Shown here piece by piece: positions 54,401 through 63,960 of a stretch of DNA of 64,000 nt (position 1 is its first letter; each line of letters opens with the position of its first letter). The notes beneath the pieces are model-generated. The model was not told where the DNA came from. It worked only from the letters and a program-made list of their open reading frames with translations, and made no database searches. The stretch lies in the NCBI GenBank assembly GCA_032161105.1, contig JAVHTD010000014.1; one strand, written 5' to 3'. Made by a program: the position numbers and the translations under genes. The DNA comes from Candidatus Thermosaccharophagus tengchongensis. GTDB lineage: Bacteria > Armatimonadota > Fervidibacteria > Fervidibacterales > Thermosaccharophagaceae.

Positions 54401-55852
54401 TCATCGCTTCCTCAGACGCCTTGCTTTCTTTTGGCGCTTGCGTTCCTCAAGTATCTTCTTGATCGCCATCCTCGCGGCGCGCTTGACTTCCTTTCGCTCC
54501 TTGAAGCGCCACCACCTTGCCAAACGCTTCAAGTGGGGGAGTGCCTTTGGGTCTTTTATCTCTCCGAGAGCCTTTGCAGCCCTCGCCCTTACATTGTGGT
54601 CCGGGCTTTTGAGATCAAGCAGGAGTTGAGCAACGGTATGCGTATCAGCTACCTTGCCGAGGATCCGAATTGCTGCCTCTACAGCCCTCTCATCCCTGCT
54701 CGTGCGCAGCAAAGTCAACATCGCTTCAATGACTGGCTTTCCAATTTCGGCGAGGGCGTCCTCGGCGGCTTTTCTCACCTCTTCATCCCAGTCGCCTAAC
54801 GCCTTTACAAGCTCCGGTATGGCACGTGGGTCTTTGAGCAACTTGAGCGCCTTCACAGCAGCCCTGCGCACATACCAAACTTCATCTCCAAGTAGCGATG
54901 TTAGCGGCTCAACCGTTCCTTTGCCGCCAATCTTTGCGAGTGCCTCCGCTGCCGAAGCCCTGACTTCCCATTCGGTGTCTTTCGTTGCCTCAATTAAACC
55001 ATCAATTGAGCGTATGTCGGGAAGGACTTTCAATGCCTCAATTGCGTTAATCCTTACCTCCTTCTCGTTTGCCTTGAGCGCGCGAAGGAATGTCGGTAGC
55101 AGGCGCTTCTCTTTCCGCTCGCTCAGTTGCTCTATCGCCCCATCAACACCGGAGAGGACATCTGAGGCGAGCTTGACCAAGTCACCATAGCCCAGTTGCT
55201 CAAGCGCCCTCTCCGCAGCCTTCCTTACCCTCTCTTCGGGATCCCCCATAGCCCTTATCAAGGCTTCAATTGCGTCCGGCTCATCCTTGAAGCGAGCCAA
55301 TACGCTTACGGCGACCATCTTCGGTCCGACTCTCGGGTGGTCAAGGGCTTTGATGACTGCATCCAGAGCTTCCTTCCCGATGCCTTCCAACGCTTGTCCG
55401 GCAGCAGTCCGCACATCCCAAGAGCTGTCCTCCATAGCTTCAATGAGCGCTTCAACTGAGCGCGGGTCACGAATGTATCCGAGGGCTTCAATGGCGAGAT
55501 GACGAACCTCTGCTTCCCTGTCCTTTGCCGCTGTGATTAGGGCATCAACTGCAGCGCTGCCGAGACGAATGAGTGCAGCCTGAGCTGCATTGCGCACATC
55601 CCACGATTCATCCCTTAAAGCCTCAATCAGCGGCTCAACCGCCCTTGCATCTCCGATCCAGCCGAGCGCCGATGCTGCAGCACTCCTTGCAGCATCGGAT
55701 TCATCTGAGCGGAGCATTTCAATCAGTGGCTCAACTGCGCGGTGCTCCTTCATCCTGCCAAGCTCATATGCCGCCGAGGAGCGCAAAGTCCAATCCGGAT
55801 GCTTAAGTTGGTCAAGCAATCGTTCAACTTGGCTCACATCCATTTCGTCCAT
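54401..55852 (-). CDS. HEAT/PBS-lyase repeat protein
   Basis: Many 'VR.AAA.ALG.IGD.RAVEPLIEAL.D' repeats and a basic C-terminal tail. Confidence 0.9.
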   Translation of the reverse strand: MDEMDVSQVERLLDQLKHPDWTLRSSAAYELGRMKEHRAVEPLIEMLRSDESDAARSAAASALGWIGDARAVEPLIEALRDESWDVRNAAQAALIRLGSAAVDALITAAKDREAEVRHLAIEALGYIRDPRSVEALIEAMEDSSWDVRTAAGQALEGIGKEALDAVIKALDHPRVGPKMVAVSVLARFKDEPDAIEALIRAMGDPEERVRKAAERALEQLGYGDLVKLASDVLSGVDGAIEQLSERKEKRLLPTFLRALKANEKEVRINAIEALKVLPDIRSIDGLIEATKDTEWEVRASAAEALAKIGGKGTVEPLTSLLGDEVWYVRRAAVKALKLLKDPRAIPELVKALGDWDEEVRKAAEDALAEIGKPVIEAMLTLLRTSRDERAVEAAIRILGKVADTHTVAQLLLDLKSPDHNVRARAAKALGEIKDPKALPHLKRLARWWRFKERKEVKRAARMAIKKILEERKRQKKARRLRKR

Positions 55853-55968
55853 TTCGGTTGCCCCCACAAACCGCTTGAGTATGCGCGCTTTTTGTTGCAA
55901 GCGCCGTCAAGTTTCAAGTTTAGCGCAAAGCCCTTTGAGACACCTGCAATGTGATTTCTCTGTCGCGC

Positions 55969-56421
55969 TCATTTCGGCATGAGCCTTTTGAGTGAGCTTG
56001 AAAGCACATCAAGCGCTATGTGGAGTGTGTCAGCTATAAGCATCCCGATGATGAAGCTTAGAGCGTGTCTCGGCAATGCCCCATGAAATGCCAACCTGAT
56101 ATTAACACCGCATGCGATGAGAAATATCAACACCACCATGCAAAGGATGCATAGATATGCCGTCCGAAGAATCAATCCGAGGACGGGCACATGAGATATG
56201 CGCCTGTGAGCGGCAACCTTCGCGTATGGCAACCATAAGACGCGAAGCAATCCCCATCTCGCTGCAGCCCTTGACTTGCTCAAGTCAAGGTCTGGCGAGA
56301 AAAACATCGTCCCAACAATGTATCCCATTGCCAAAGGAAGCGGCTCAAGCGGCTTCGGAGTGAGGATGGCAAGCGGAAGCAATGCTAAGTTGAAAGCATC
56401 ATGCACCTTTCCAGATGGCAT
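55969..56421 (-). CDS. DUF2227-family putative metal-binding membrane protein
   Basis: MPSGKVHD, FSPDLD, RWG.LR.LW.PY...HR..SH, LHIALD. Confidence 0.8.
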   Translation of the reverse strand: MPSGKVHDAFNLALLPLAILTPKPLEPLPLAMGYIVGTMFFSPDLDLSKSRAAARWGLLRVLWLPYAKVAAHRRISHVPVLGLILRTAYLCILCMVVLIFLIACGVNIRLAFHGALPRHALSFIIGMLIADTLHIALDVLSSSLKRLMPK

Positions 56422-56448
56422 TCCCTTTTCATTTCCCCCGTCGCTCCA

Positions 56449-57792
56449 TCATGCGTTCCACAACTCCTGCCAGATGGGCAACAGCGAATCAAATGTCAGT
56501 TGGAAGTAGCCGGCGAACTCGGGTTGGTATGTTAGCCAGAGCCCAGCTACAACATCATCGCTGAGGCGCATGTTTTCAATTGGCACAATAATGCTGTTGG
56601 GTTCGCTGAAGCGGAAGTGCTGTGGGGCATCTGCCAGTTCAATGGCTATTGAGCCCCTGTATGGGCGCTTGTCGGGGTTGCTCAGGTGCATGTGCATTCG
56701 GACAAGTTCCCTATCGCCGCCATACTTAGCCACCTCTGCCTCAATCAACTCCGCACTAAAGCGAGGATGCTTGAACACGAATGGAAGCATGTATTCAATC
56801 CTGATGAGCATTGTGTTGCTCACTCTCGCCTGCCATACTTCAAGGAATTCCCCTGCATGCGCAAATATGAATTTGAGCGCCACATCAAGCTCCTCATGCG
56901 TGTATCGGCGCAATTCAAGCATTGGCAATTCCGTCCAATCAATGGCGCTTATATCCTCCTCAGCGAGGAAAACGGCGCTCGGCTCACTGAATGCCGCCGG
57001 CTCATGAAAGCATCTCAGGAACCTATCCCAAATGCCGCCACGCAGTTCATGCGCTATTGTTATGAGCAGGTCAAATGCCCCGACATCAAATCCAAGCCAT
57101 CCAACGACATACTCGCTTTCAAGCATCACCTTGATGAAGTTTGGTATGTGCCAAGCGCTCGGCAAACGCAATGGCAGCTTGTCGGGCATTTGAGCTATAC
57201 CGCGCTTCGGGAGTTCAAGCAAACCGTGTGTTATCAGGATGGCTTGGATGAATGGGTTTGTGTAATCGCAGTTGCTCCCCTTCACAATCGCATTTGTTGT
57301 TTGCCTCAGGCGTTCCCTGACCTCGTTCTCATCAATGACATCCAATTTTATGCCGTGCTCGCCCTTCAATATCTCACAGACACTCGGCAGGACAAGCTCA
57401 AGTTTCTCCGGAGGCGCACCAAAGTGCCAAACCTCAAACCTCTGCATGCGCAGGGAGTTTGACCACTTTCGCTTGAGCGTCACATATCGCTGGACAAGCT
57501 TCCTGCGCATGGTCGTGTGTTTCATCTCCCTTGGATAGTGAGAGAACTTTTCGGATAGGTCTACAAACACGATCAGCTCATCGTTGCGGCACCCAATTAG
57601 GTCAACATCAAAATCCCGCCCATCAAAGGCGTTCACTTGGTATAGCACCTTATCGCACCCGACTATGCATGTGAGATAGGCAGCAGTCGCGTGTTGCTTC
57701 ATTTCGTAATAGCGCACCGCAACTTCACCAACCCTATAGCGAGTTTTGTATTGCCCGCCACAGTGAGCTGAGGTTTGGCACGCCGTAGCCAT
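56449..57792 (-). CDS. Hypothetical protein with an N-terminal PD-(D/E)xK-like nuclease fold (possibly degenerate) and an unknown C-terminal region
   Basis: AYL..IVGCD.V.Y.V...DFDVDLIG....IVFVDLSEK..., F..W...P, NPFIQAILI. Start may be 57702. Confidence 0.55.
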   Translation of the reverse strand: MATACQTSAHCGGQYKTRYRVGEVAVRYYEMKQHATAAYLTCIVGCDKVLYQVNAFDGRDFDVDLIGCRNDELIVFVDLSEKFSHYPREMKHTTMRRKLVQRYVTLKRKWSNSLRMQRFEVWHFGAPPEKLELVLPSVCEILKGEHGIKLDVIDENEVRERLRQTTNAIVKGSNCDYTNPFIQAILITHGLLELPKRGIAQMPDKLPLRLPSAWHIPNFIKVMLESEYVVGWLGFDVGAFDLLITIAHELRGGIWDRFLRCFHEPAAFSEPSAVFLAEEDISAIDWTELPMLELRRYTHEELDVALKFIFAHAGEFLEVWQARVSNTMLIRIEYMLPFVFKHPRFSAELIEAEVAKYGGDRELVRMHMHLSNPDKRPYRGSIAIELADAPQHFRFSEPNSIIVPIENMRLSDDVVAGLWLTYQPEFAGYFQLTFDSLLPIWQELWNA

Positions 57793-57997
57793 GCAGCCGC
57801 ATTCATGACATTGACCCTTCGTAGTCCATTATAGGTTGGCATGCTGCCATTGCGCAAATTGAATTTTGCTCAACGGTCTTTCCGGCAATGTGACACATTG
57901 TTGCACAAGCAAACTTCTCGGGTGTAAAATTGCAGCAGGTTAAATCATCCTAAAGGTGAGCCACATTAACTTTGAGCGCATTGGCTGGTGCTAAGCG

Positions 57998-60010
57998 ATG
58001 GGTAGCCGCATCTCCGGAAGCAGCGCAGCTCCTCGCTATGTGTCCAGGGTGGTTGTTATTTCCGTTGCGCTATCGGTGCTCAGTTGGTGGCTCGTTGAGC
58101 CAGTCCCGATTGGCTATCTCGCCGAGATGCGTCCGCCACTTGCATCTATGCGTTGGTTCATACATGACATGATGATGCGCTTGCATGCGCGTATGCATAG
58201 CCTTTCCGGCAAAATACCGATTACCATCATATCCATTGATGAACCATCGTTGCGCCAGTATGGTCTGCCCATCAGGAGGAAATACTATGCCGAGGCTATA
58301 AAGCGATTGAGTGCAGCCGGCGCAAAGGTGATTGCCATTGATGTGCTATTCGCTGGCGAGACCAAAGACGATGTTGCTCTCGCTAATGCCATCATGGAAG
58401 CATCACGCAAGTCAAGCATCATCCTCGCATCAAATGCGCTTTTCAGCTGGCGTGAGGTAACGCCATCTCCGGTGCCAAGCCGCGTGGCTATCCCGAGGGA
58501 GAATGTGGTCGGGAAGGTGACGGCCATCCCAGCGATTGAATTCTCAACATTGCCGTTACCGCTCGGCGAGAGCAATTTTGGTGTTGTGAACCTGTTCATG
58601 GATGAGGATGGAGTTTGCAGGCGCATGCCGCTCGCTTTTGAGTGTGGTGGAATGACTTTGCCATCATTTGCGCTTGCTGCAGCGTGCGGCTATCTCGGTG
58701 TGCCACTCAACCAACTGCACGCTATTGGTGGCAATGGCATATGGCTGAAGGAACACTTCGTCCCAACTCAATCAGCTCCGAGATGGTTTGGATGGGAGAA
58801 TGAGTTTGTCATAGGGATTGACTTCAGGCAGCGCCTTGAAAACGGCATCGTTATAAAACCGCCCTTCAAAACATATTCGTTCCTTCGGGCTGTCTCGGGT
58901 GACATACCGGTGGAGGAAATTGCCGGGCACATTGTTTTGATCGGTGCAATCTCGCCTTCGCTCCCTGACCTCAGACCAACTCCGATTGAGCCCGCTATGA
59001 GTGGAGTTGAGATATTCGCACATGCCATCTACACCATCCTATCTGGGACATCCATAAGAGATGCGCCAAGCCTCCTGCATCTTCTTCTATCGCTCTCCGT
59101 TGGTGTTGCAACTTGCATGTTGCTTTTGCGCTCTCGCACATTAGCCAGTCTGCTTTGGGCTTCCAATGTGCTTGTTGCATCATTCGCAATTCCACAGCTT
59201 GTCCTGATGAAGTGGCACATCGTTTTCAACCCGCTGTGTGCATTGGTGAGTTGGTTCATTGTTTCACTTTTCGTTGCCGTCATAAGAGCAGCGTATGCCG
59301 AGAGGCGAGCTGAGTATCTCGTCAACATGCTCAGTTTGTATGTTGCACCTGAGGTGGCAAAGCAGTTGGCGAAGGAAGCGGGATTGGAGGAGCAGCTTAG
59401 CGGTCAAAAGCGCGATGTCACCATACTCTTTTCCGACATACGAGGCTTTACGGGTCTGGCACATTCACTGCAACCGTATGAGACCGTTTCGCTCCTAAGC
59501 CGTTATTTCACGGTCATGTCTGAGATCGTCTTCCTGTATGGTGGCATGGTTAACAACATGATGGGTGATGGCCTGATGGCAATCTTTGGCGTCATGCCTG
59601 ACAGGGAAGACCACGCCGAGATGGCAGTGCTTGCGGCATGGCATATGATTGAGGCGCTTGATGAGTTGCAATTTGAGTGGGAGCGCGTAGCCGGAAGAAG
59701 GCTTATCATCGGAATAGGTGTCAACACTGGTGAGGCAGTGGTCGGCGACATAAGGACGCCATACAAGGGTCACTTCACCGCCATCGGCAGCTGCGTCAAT
59801 TTGGCTCAACGCCTTGAACAGCTGACGAAGGAGTTGAATTGCAAGCTGCTAATTGGCGAAGAGACTTATGAGCGCGTTGGGTGGATGGTGGTTGCCGAAC
59901 AGGTGAGAGCGCAGGTTAAAGGGTTTGATGAGCCGATCACCGCCTACAATGTCACTGGGCTTTCAGAGCACGGGATGCGCTTTAGGCGTTCACATTCAGC
60001 CGGCAAGTGA
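57998..60010 (+). CDS. CHASE2-domain class III nucleotide cyclase (adenylate/guanylate cyclase family)
   Basis: CHASE2 motifs IDEPSL, GAKVIAIDVLF, DEDGVCRR.PL, MSGVEIFAHAI, then 3 TM helices and a cyclase domain (ILFSDIRGFT, MGDGLMAIFG, IGIGVNTG, VNLAQRLE). Confidence 0.92.
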   Translation: MGSRISGSSAAPRYVSRVVVISVALSVLSWWLVEPVPIGYLAEMRPPLASMRWFIHDMMMRLHARMHSLSGKIPITIISIDEPSLRQYGLPIRRKYYAEAIKRLSAAGAKVIAIDVLFAGETKDDVALANAIMEASRKSSIILASNALFSWREVTPSPVPSRVAIPRENVVGKVTAIPAIEFSTLPLPLGESNFGVVNLFMDEDGVCRRMPLAFECGGMTLPSFALAAACGYLGVPLNQLHAIGGNGIWLKEHFVPTQSAPRWFGWENEFVIGIDFRQRLENGIVIKPPFKTYSFLRAVSGDIPVEEIAGHIVLIGAISPSLPDLRPTPIEPAMSGVEIFAHAIYTILSGTSIRDAPSLLHLLLSLSVGVATCMLLLRSRTLASLLWASNVLVASFAIPQLVLMKWHIVFNPLCALVSWFIVSLFVAVIRAAYAERRAEYLVNMLSLYVAPEVAKQLAKEAGLEEQLSGQKRDVTILFSDIRGFTGLAHSLQPYETVSLLSRYFTVMSEIVFLYGGMVNNMMGDGLMAIFGVMPDREDHAEMAVLAAWHMIEALDELQFEWERVAGRRLIIGIGVNTGEAVVGDIRTPYKGHFTAIGSCVNLAQRLEQLTKELNCKLLIGEETYERVGWMVVAEQVRAQVKGFDEPITAYNVTGLSEHGMRFRRSHSAGK

Positions 60011-60165
60011 AGAGCATCGGTGAGCATTCACTGCATGCTAATTAGCATTCATCCAAAGCGGAGTAATTTGAAATTTGAAGCGCAACACGCTATCGCACTC
60101 AACGCTGCACGCTGTTTGAAGCGATGCTCTTGCACGACAAAAAGATTCCTCAGTTTGAGGTGGCG

Positions 60166-61284
60166 TTATCGGGCTTCGGAAGTTTGAATGGCGAATTCTC
60201 CCAATGCTGCCTCGTCAACTTCAATTCCGATTCCGGGCTGGTTGCTCACAATCAGATTGTCCTTATGCATCTGAACGCCACTCGCTATGGGCGCCGATAG
60301 AAATTGCAACCCGTCAACTTCAATGCCAACGCGAAAATGCATCCCGCAAAATGTCTGCAGCGCACAGGCAATGCCGACTTGAGTTGACAGCCTCGTCCGC
60401 ACGACCAATTCAAAGCCGTGAGCGATTGCCACCTGCGATATCTTCAATGCTGCGGAGAGACCACCCAACTTCGGTATATCCACAATGACCATATCGGCAG
60501 CATTGAGGTGCGCCAATAGAGTCACATCCTGTGGCACGACGCATTCCTCATCGGCTGCAATTGGCAGTGGTGAAGCGCGCTTCAACCTTTGAAGCGAAAA
60601 GGGGTTGCTCCCTCTGAGTGGCGATGAGCACAATGCCACATTCCCGACTCCGCCAGCCTGCTCAAGGAAACGGAGCGCTTCAGAGACGGAATCAAAGCCG
60701 CCGCCAGCGTCAAGCCAAAGCTGTGCTTGAGGGTGCAGCCGAGCTACCTCCTCAACCCTGTCCAAGTCCTCTCCGACATTTCCAGCCAAGTTCACCTTAA
60801 GCCAACTCGGCTGCTCAAGGTCGCTGACTTGGTCGTAAATCCACTCTGGCGGTGTAAGGCTGACAGTGTATGCGACTGGTATTCGCTCAAAGCGCTTTCC
60901 GGCAAGGAGCGTGAATGCCGGCACGCCAAGATGCCTTGCGAGCAAATCAATGCACGCCATCTCAAAGGAAGCGAATGCCAACCTGAAAGATGGGTCGCTC
61001 CATTCGTTGAGCATTGCAAGCTCAACGAGCACATTGCGCAGCTCAATTTCGTCCCTCCCAAGCGCTCTCGGCAGAATGCGCCTTGTGAGCAGATTGCAAA
61101 TGTGAATGGCTTGCAAGTCATCAACGGGCACTTCACCCCACCCAACTGCGCCGTCGCTTGATTGGAGCTTAACGAATACATGTGTTGAGTGGTCATGCTC
61201 AGGTTGGCGCACAACTCTTGCAGCAGCGTAGCGCCGCTTGAATGGGAAACGGGCTATAACAACGGATGCAACTTCGGCAGCCAT
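60166..61284 (-). CDS. Mandelate racemase/muconate lactonizing enzyme-family protein, catalytically degenerate
   Basis: DGAVGWGE, EMACIDL.AR.LGVP...LL.G, PIAADE, KLGGL, PGIGIEVD. KxK appears as KVN and E-x-P as SSP. Confidence 0.85.
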   Translation of the reverse strand: MAAEVASVVIARFPFKRRYAAARVVRQPEHDHSTHVFVKLQSSDGAVGWGEVPVDDLQAIHICNLLTRRILPRALGRDEIELRNVLVELAMLNEWSDPSFRLAFASFEMACIDLLARHLGVPAFTLLAGKRFERIPVAYTVSLTPPEWIYDQVSDLEQPSWLKVNLAGNVGEDLDRVEEVARLHPQAQLWLDAGGGFDSVSEALRFLEQAGGVGNVALCSSPLRGSNPFSLQRLKRASPLPIAADEECVVPQDVTLLAHLNAADMVIVDIPKLGGLSAALKISQVAIAHGFELVVRTRLSTQVGIACALQTFCGMHFRVGIEVDGLQFLSAPIASGVQMHKDNLIVSNQPGIGIEVDEAALGEFAIQTSEAR

Positions 61285-61507
61285 GGTGTTTCACCTCGCA
61301 GCCACAAACTAAGGTAGTGCGGGCTCCGTGGGTTATGCAAGGGATGATGCCTCCACGGCGTGAGTAAGTGAATGACACTTGTAAAGCGCACCTATGGCGC
61401 ACCAGCCATAAGGTGACAGCAATCCGTAGGAAGGCTTTAGCCCCGAAGAAGGATGATGATCCCTTTGCCCGCAAGCTGATTGTAGCAGCAAAACTGAGAT
61501 GCCTGCC

Positions 61508-61536
61508 TTGACGGAGCCATTCTCTTTTGCTATAGT
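61508..61536 (+). promoter_or_regulatory. Sigma70-type promoter for the pilin-like gene
   Basis: TTGACG-17 nt-TATAGT with an extended TGn before the -10 box. Confidence 0.65.
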
Positions 61537-61709
61537 GTGAGTTTGAAGACGCAGCTTGAGCTGCCGAAAGGCGAAAGAGATGCTCATGAAGATAAAGGAG
61601 GTGATGGAGTGCAGCATTGGATGATGGTTCTCTAAAAACCCAGTTGAGCAGCGCACCGAGAGGCGCTAAAAACCATCCGTTCAAAATTCAGCTAAGGGAG
61701 GGATGCAAA

Positions 61710-62507
61710 ATGAGGTCGGCAAACGGAAGGCTTAACGAGAGGTTAATTGGATTCACCCTGATAGAGCTGCTGGTGGTGATTGCTATAATCGCCATCCTGG
61801 CAGCGATTTTGTTCCCGGTGTTTGCGAGGGCGAGGGAGAAGGCAAGACAGTCAAGCTGTTTGTCAAACTTGAAGCAGATCGGCACGGGCATCCACATGTA
61901 TGTTCAGGACTATGACGAGAGAATGGTGCCGAGGTCAATGAGGTATGGGGCAGGTAGCAAGCAATGCAACTGGCAACAGCTCATCTACCCATATACGAAG
62001 AATGAGCAGATTTATGCCTGTCCATCAAACCCGAATAATAGAAGCGCAGTGGCTGGTTCATCAGCGGGCGCCGCATATGGTTATCCATCGTTCATACCGC
62101 GCTCGTATGGTATCAACCCGCGCATTGCTCCCGGTGATGGTTCTGAGTGGCGTTGTCCAATTTTGGCATCCATAAGGAAGCCAGGCGAACGGATACTCGT
62201 AAGCGAGCTTCGCGGGACAACAGATTGGGAGGACATGGCGGCACCATGGTGGACAGGAGTTCCGGGGAACTGGGCAAATGTGTATGCATACCATCTGGGA
62301 ACGATGTCATGTTTGTTTGTTGATGGGCATGTGAAGGCGCTTCGTCCCACAAGGCAAGTTGACCCGATCAACATGTGGGGTTGCATGAACGGTGGCAGCT
62401 GGGGCAGAGGCAACTGGGATGCCGATGTTATAGAGTGCCTCAACTATGAAGGCATAGAACCGATACTTGTTCAAGCTATGCAGTATGTTGAAAGCATAAG
62501 TCAGTGA
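61710..62507 (+). CDS. Prepilin-type N-terminal cleavage/methylation and H-X9-DG domain protein (DUF1559-like)
   Basis: [79 protein letters not shown] before ATG 61710. Confidence 0.92.
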   Translation: MRSANGRLNERLIGFTLIELLVVIAIIAILAAILFPVFARAREKARQSSCLSNLKQIGTGIHMYVQDYDERMVPRSMRYGAGSKQCNWQQLIYPYTKNEQIYACPSNPNNRSAVAGSSAGAAYGYPSFIPRSYGINPRIAPGDGSEWRCPILASIRKPGERILVSELRGTTDWEDMAAPWWTGVPGNWANVYAYHLGTMSCLFVDGHVKALRPTRQVDPINMWGCMNGGSWGRGNWDADVIECLNYEGIEPILVQAMQYVESISQ

Positions 62508-62587
62508 TTGAGTTAAAGTAACCCCTCGCCTGCGTGAGCAGGTGATATGCTGGTTGTATATCCCTCGTTGGCTGGATAGGGAGATTA

Positions 62588-62638
62588 GCAGGGGCGCATG
62601 GAATGCGCCCGAAGGGAAAAGCTTTATTCACCCCCTAT
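62588..62638. repeat. REP-like palindrome with decayed inverted partner
   Basis: GCAGGGGCGCATGGAATGCGCCCGAA, followed by ...TTCACCCCCTAT. Same core as 22641 and 43721. Confidence 0.7.
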
Positions 62639-62746
62639 TTTCGTCTGCTTGAGCGCGTGGTATAGTGATTGTGAAGGCGATGTTCCAGTTGTAGTTTTTA
62701 CGATGCGGAGTTGCCATCGCGAGAATTTGGCGGGCGGTGATGTTGC

Positions 62747-63823
62747 ATGCGCGAGATACGCTTTGGCATTATTGGTGTTGGTGTCCCAAATCAGGTTTCT
62801 GTGGGACCAATTGGTGCTGACCTTTACAGCGGGATAGCTGAATGGCATGCGCGCTACATAAATGAGACGCCAGGTTGCAGGGTTGTTGCGGCAGCTTCAC
62901 GCACTGAAGCTCATGTGAAGCTATTCGCTCAGAAGTTTAACCTCGGTGATAACTGGTATACTGACTACCGCAAGATGCTTGAGCGAGATGACATTGACGC
63001 CGTCTCAATATGCACCCCGAGCGGCTTGCATGCGCAGATAGGCATTGATGCTGCGAGGGCTGGGAAGCATGTCCTCGTTGAGAAGCCGATAGATGTGACG
63101 CTTGAGAAGGCTGACGCGTTGATTGAGGAGTGTGACAAGGCTGGTGTAAAGCTTGCCGTTGTCATGCCTTTGCGCTTCTCAAAAGTTGTGAGGTTTATCA
63201 AGCGCTCACTTGAGGACGGCACCTTGGGCAAGCCTTTGCTTGCAAACGCATTTTGCAGGCGCTACAGGACTGAGGCTTATTATGCCGAGAGCGATTGGCG
63301 TGGCACATGGGCGCTTGATGGTGGCGGGGCGTGCATGAATCAGGGCATTCATGTCATTGACACCTTCATTTACTTGGTTGGGGGCGTTAAGCGCATACAT
63401 GCGCGCATGGGAACTCTTGGTCATAAGGCGCTTGAGGTTGAGGATGTGGCAGTCGCCGATGTTGAGCTTGAGAATGGCGCTCTCGGAATGATTGAATGCA
63501 CAACATGCGCCTATCCGGACTTCGGAGATTCAATTCACATCTACGCTGAGAGAGGCACGGTCATAACCGATGGCACACCGCCGAGGTTGACAACATGGGA
63601 GCTTGTTGATTCGGATTTCAAGCCAAACCTTGAGGAGTTGGAGGAGCGCAAGGAGCCATTCACGCTTCACAGGCAAGTTATAGCCGACTTCGTTGACGCC
63701 ATACGCAATGACCGTGAACCAACTGTCAGTGGGAGGGAGGGACGAAAGGCTGTTGAAGTTATACTTGCCCTTTACAAATCGGCGAGGGAGGGCGTGGAAG
63801 TTGAGTTGCCGTTAAGGCGATGA
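62747..63823 (+). CDS. Gfo/Idh/MocA-family oxidoreductase
   Basis: RFGIIGVG, DAVSICTPSGLH, GKHVLVEKP, WRGTWALDGGGACMNQGIH.ID, EVEDVA. Confidence 0.93.
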   Translation: MREIRFGIIGVGVPNQVSVGPIGADLYSGIAEWHARYINETPGCRVVAAASRTEAHVKLFAQKFNLGDNWYTDYRKMLERDDIDAVSICTPSGLHAQIGIDAARAGKHVLVEKPIDVTLEKADALIEECDKAGVKLAVVMPLRFSKVVRFIKRSLEDGTLGKPLLANAFCRRYRTEAYYAESDWRGTWALDGGGACMNQGIHVIDTFIYLVGGVKRIHARMGTLGHKALEVEDVAVADVELENGALGMIECTTCAYPDFGDSIHIYAERGTVITDGTPPRLTTWELVDSDFKPNLEELEERKEPFTLHRQVIADFVDAIRNDREPTVSGREGRKAVEVILALYKSAREGVEVELPLRR

Positions 63824-63960
63824 CTTGGGATTTGATGTGCGCAACCGCATCATGAGCCAGATGGCACACCCTTGGAAAGGCTGAACCACCTTGGTGGTAT
63901 GAATTGGTTGGTTATATCAGCTGCTGAATGAGCGTAAGCACAAGTGCGCTGAAAGCGGTG

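Noticed and set aside
56686..57462. 258-aa plus-strand ORF antisense to the 447-aa hypothetical
   Set aside because: Composition is atypical. The minus-strand ORF is longer, co-oriented with its neighbours and has protein-like motifs.
61199..61684. 161-aa and 107-aa minus-strand ORFs in the divergent intergenic region
   Set aside because: They overlap the MLE-like gene start and/or the clear plus-strand promoter and leader. No recognisable features.
61540..61700. Glycine or c-di-GMP-I riboswitch call
   Set aside because: Only a superficial CCGA.AGG resemblance. The CTCTCAGG/GGAGA and GGCAAA..GACGCAAA hallmarks are missing.
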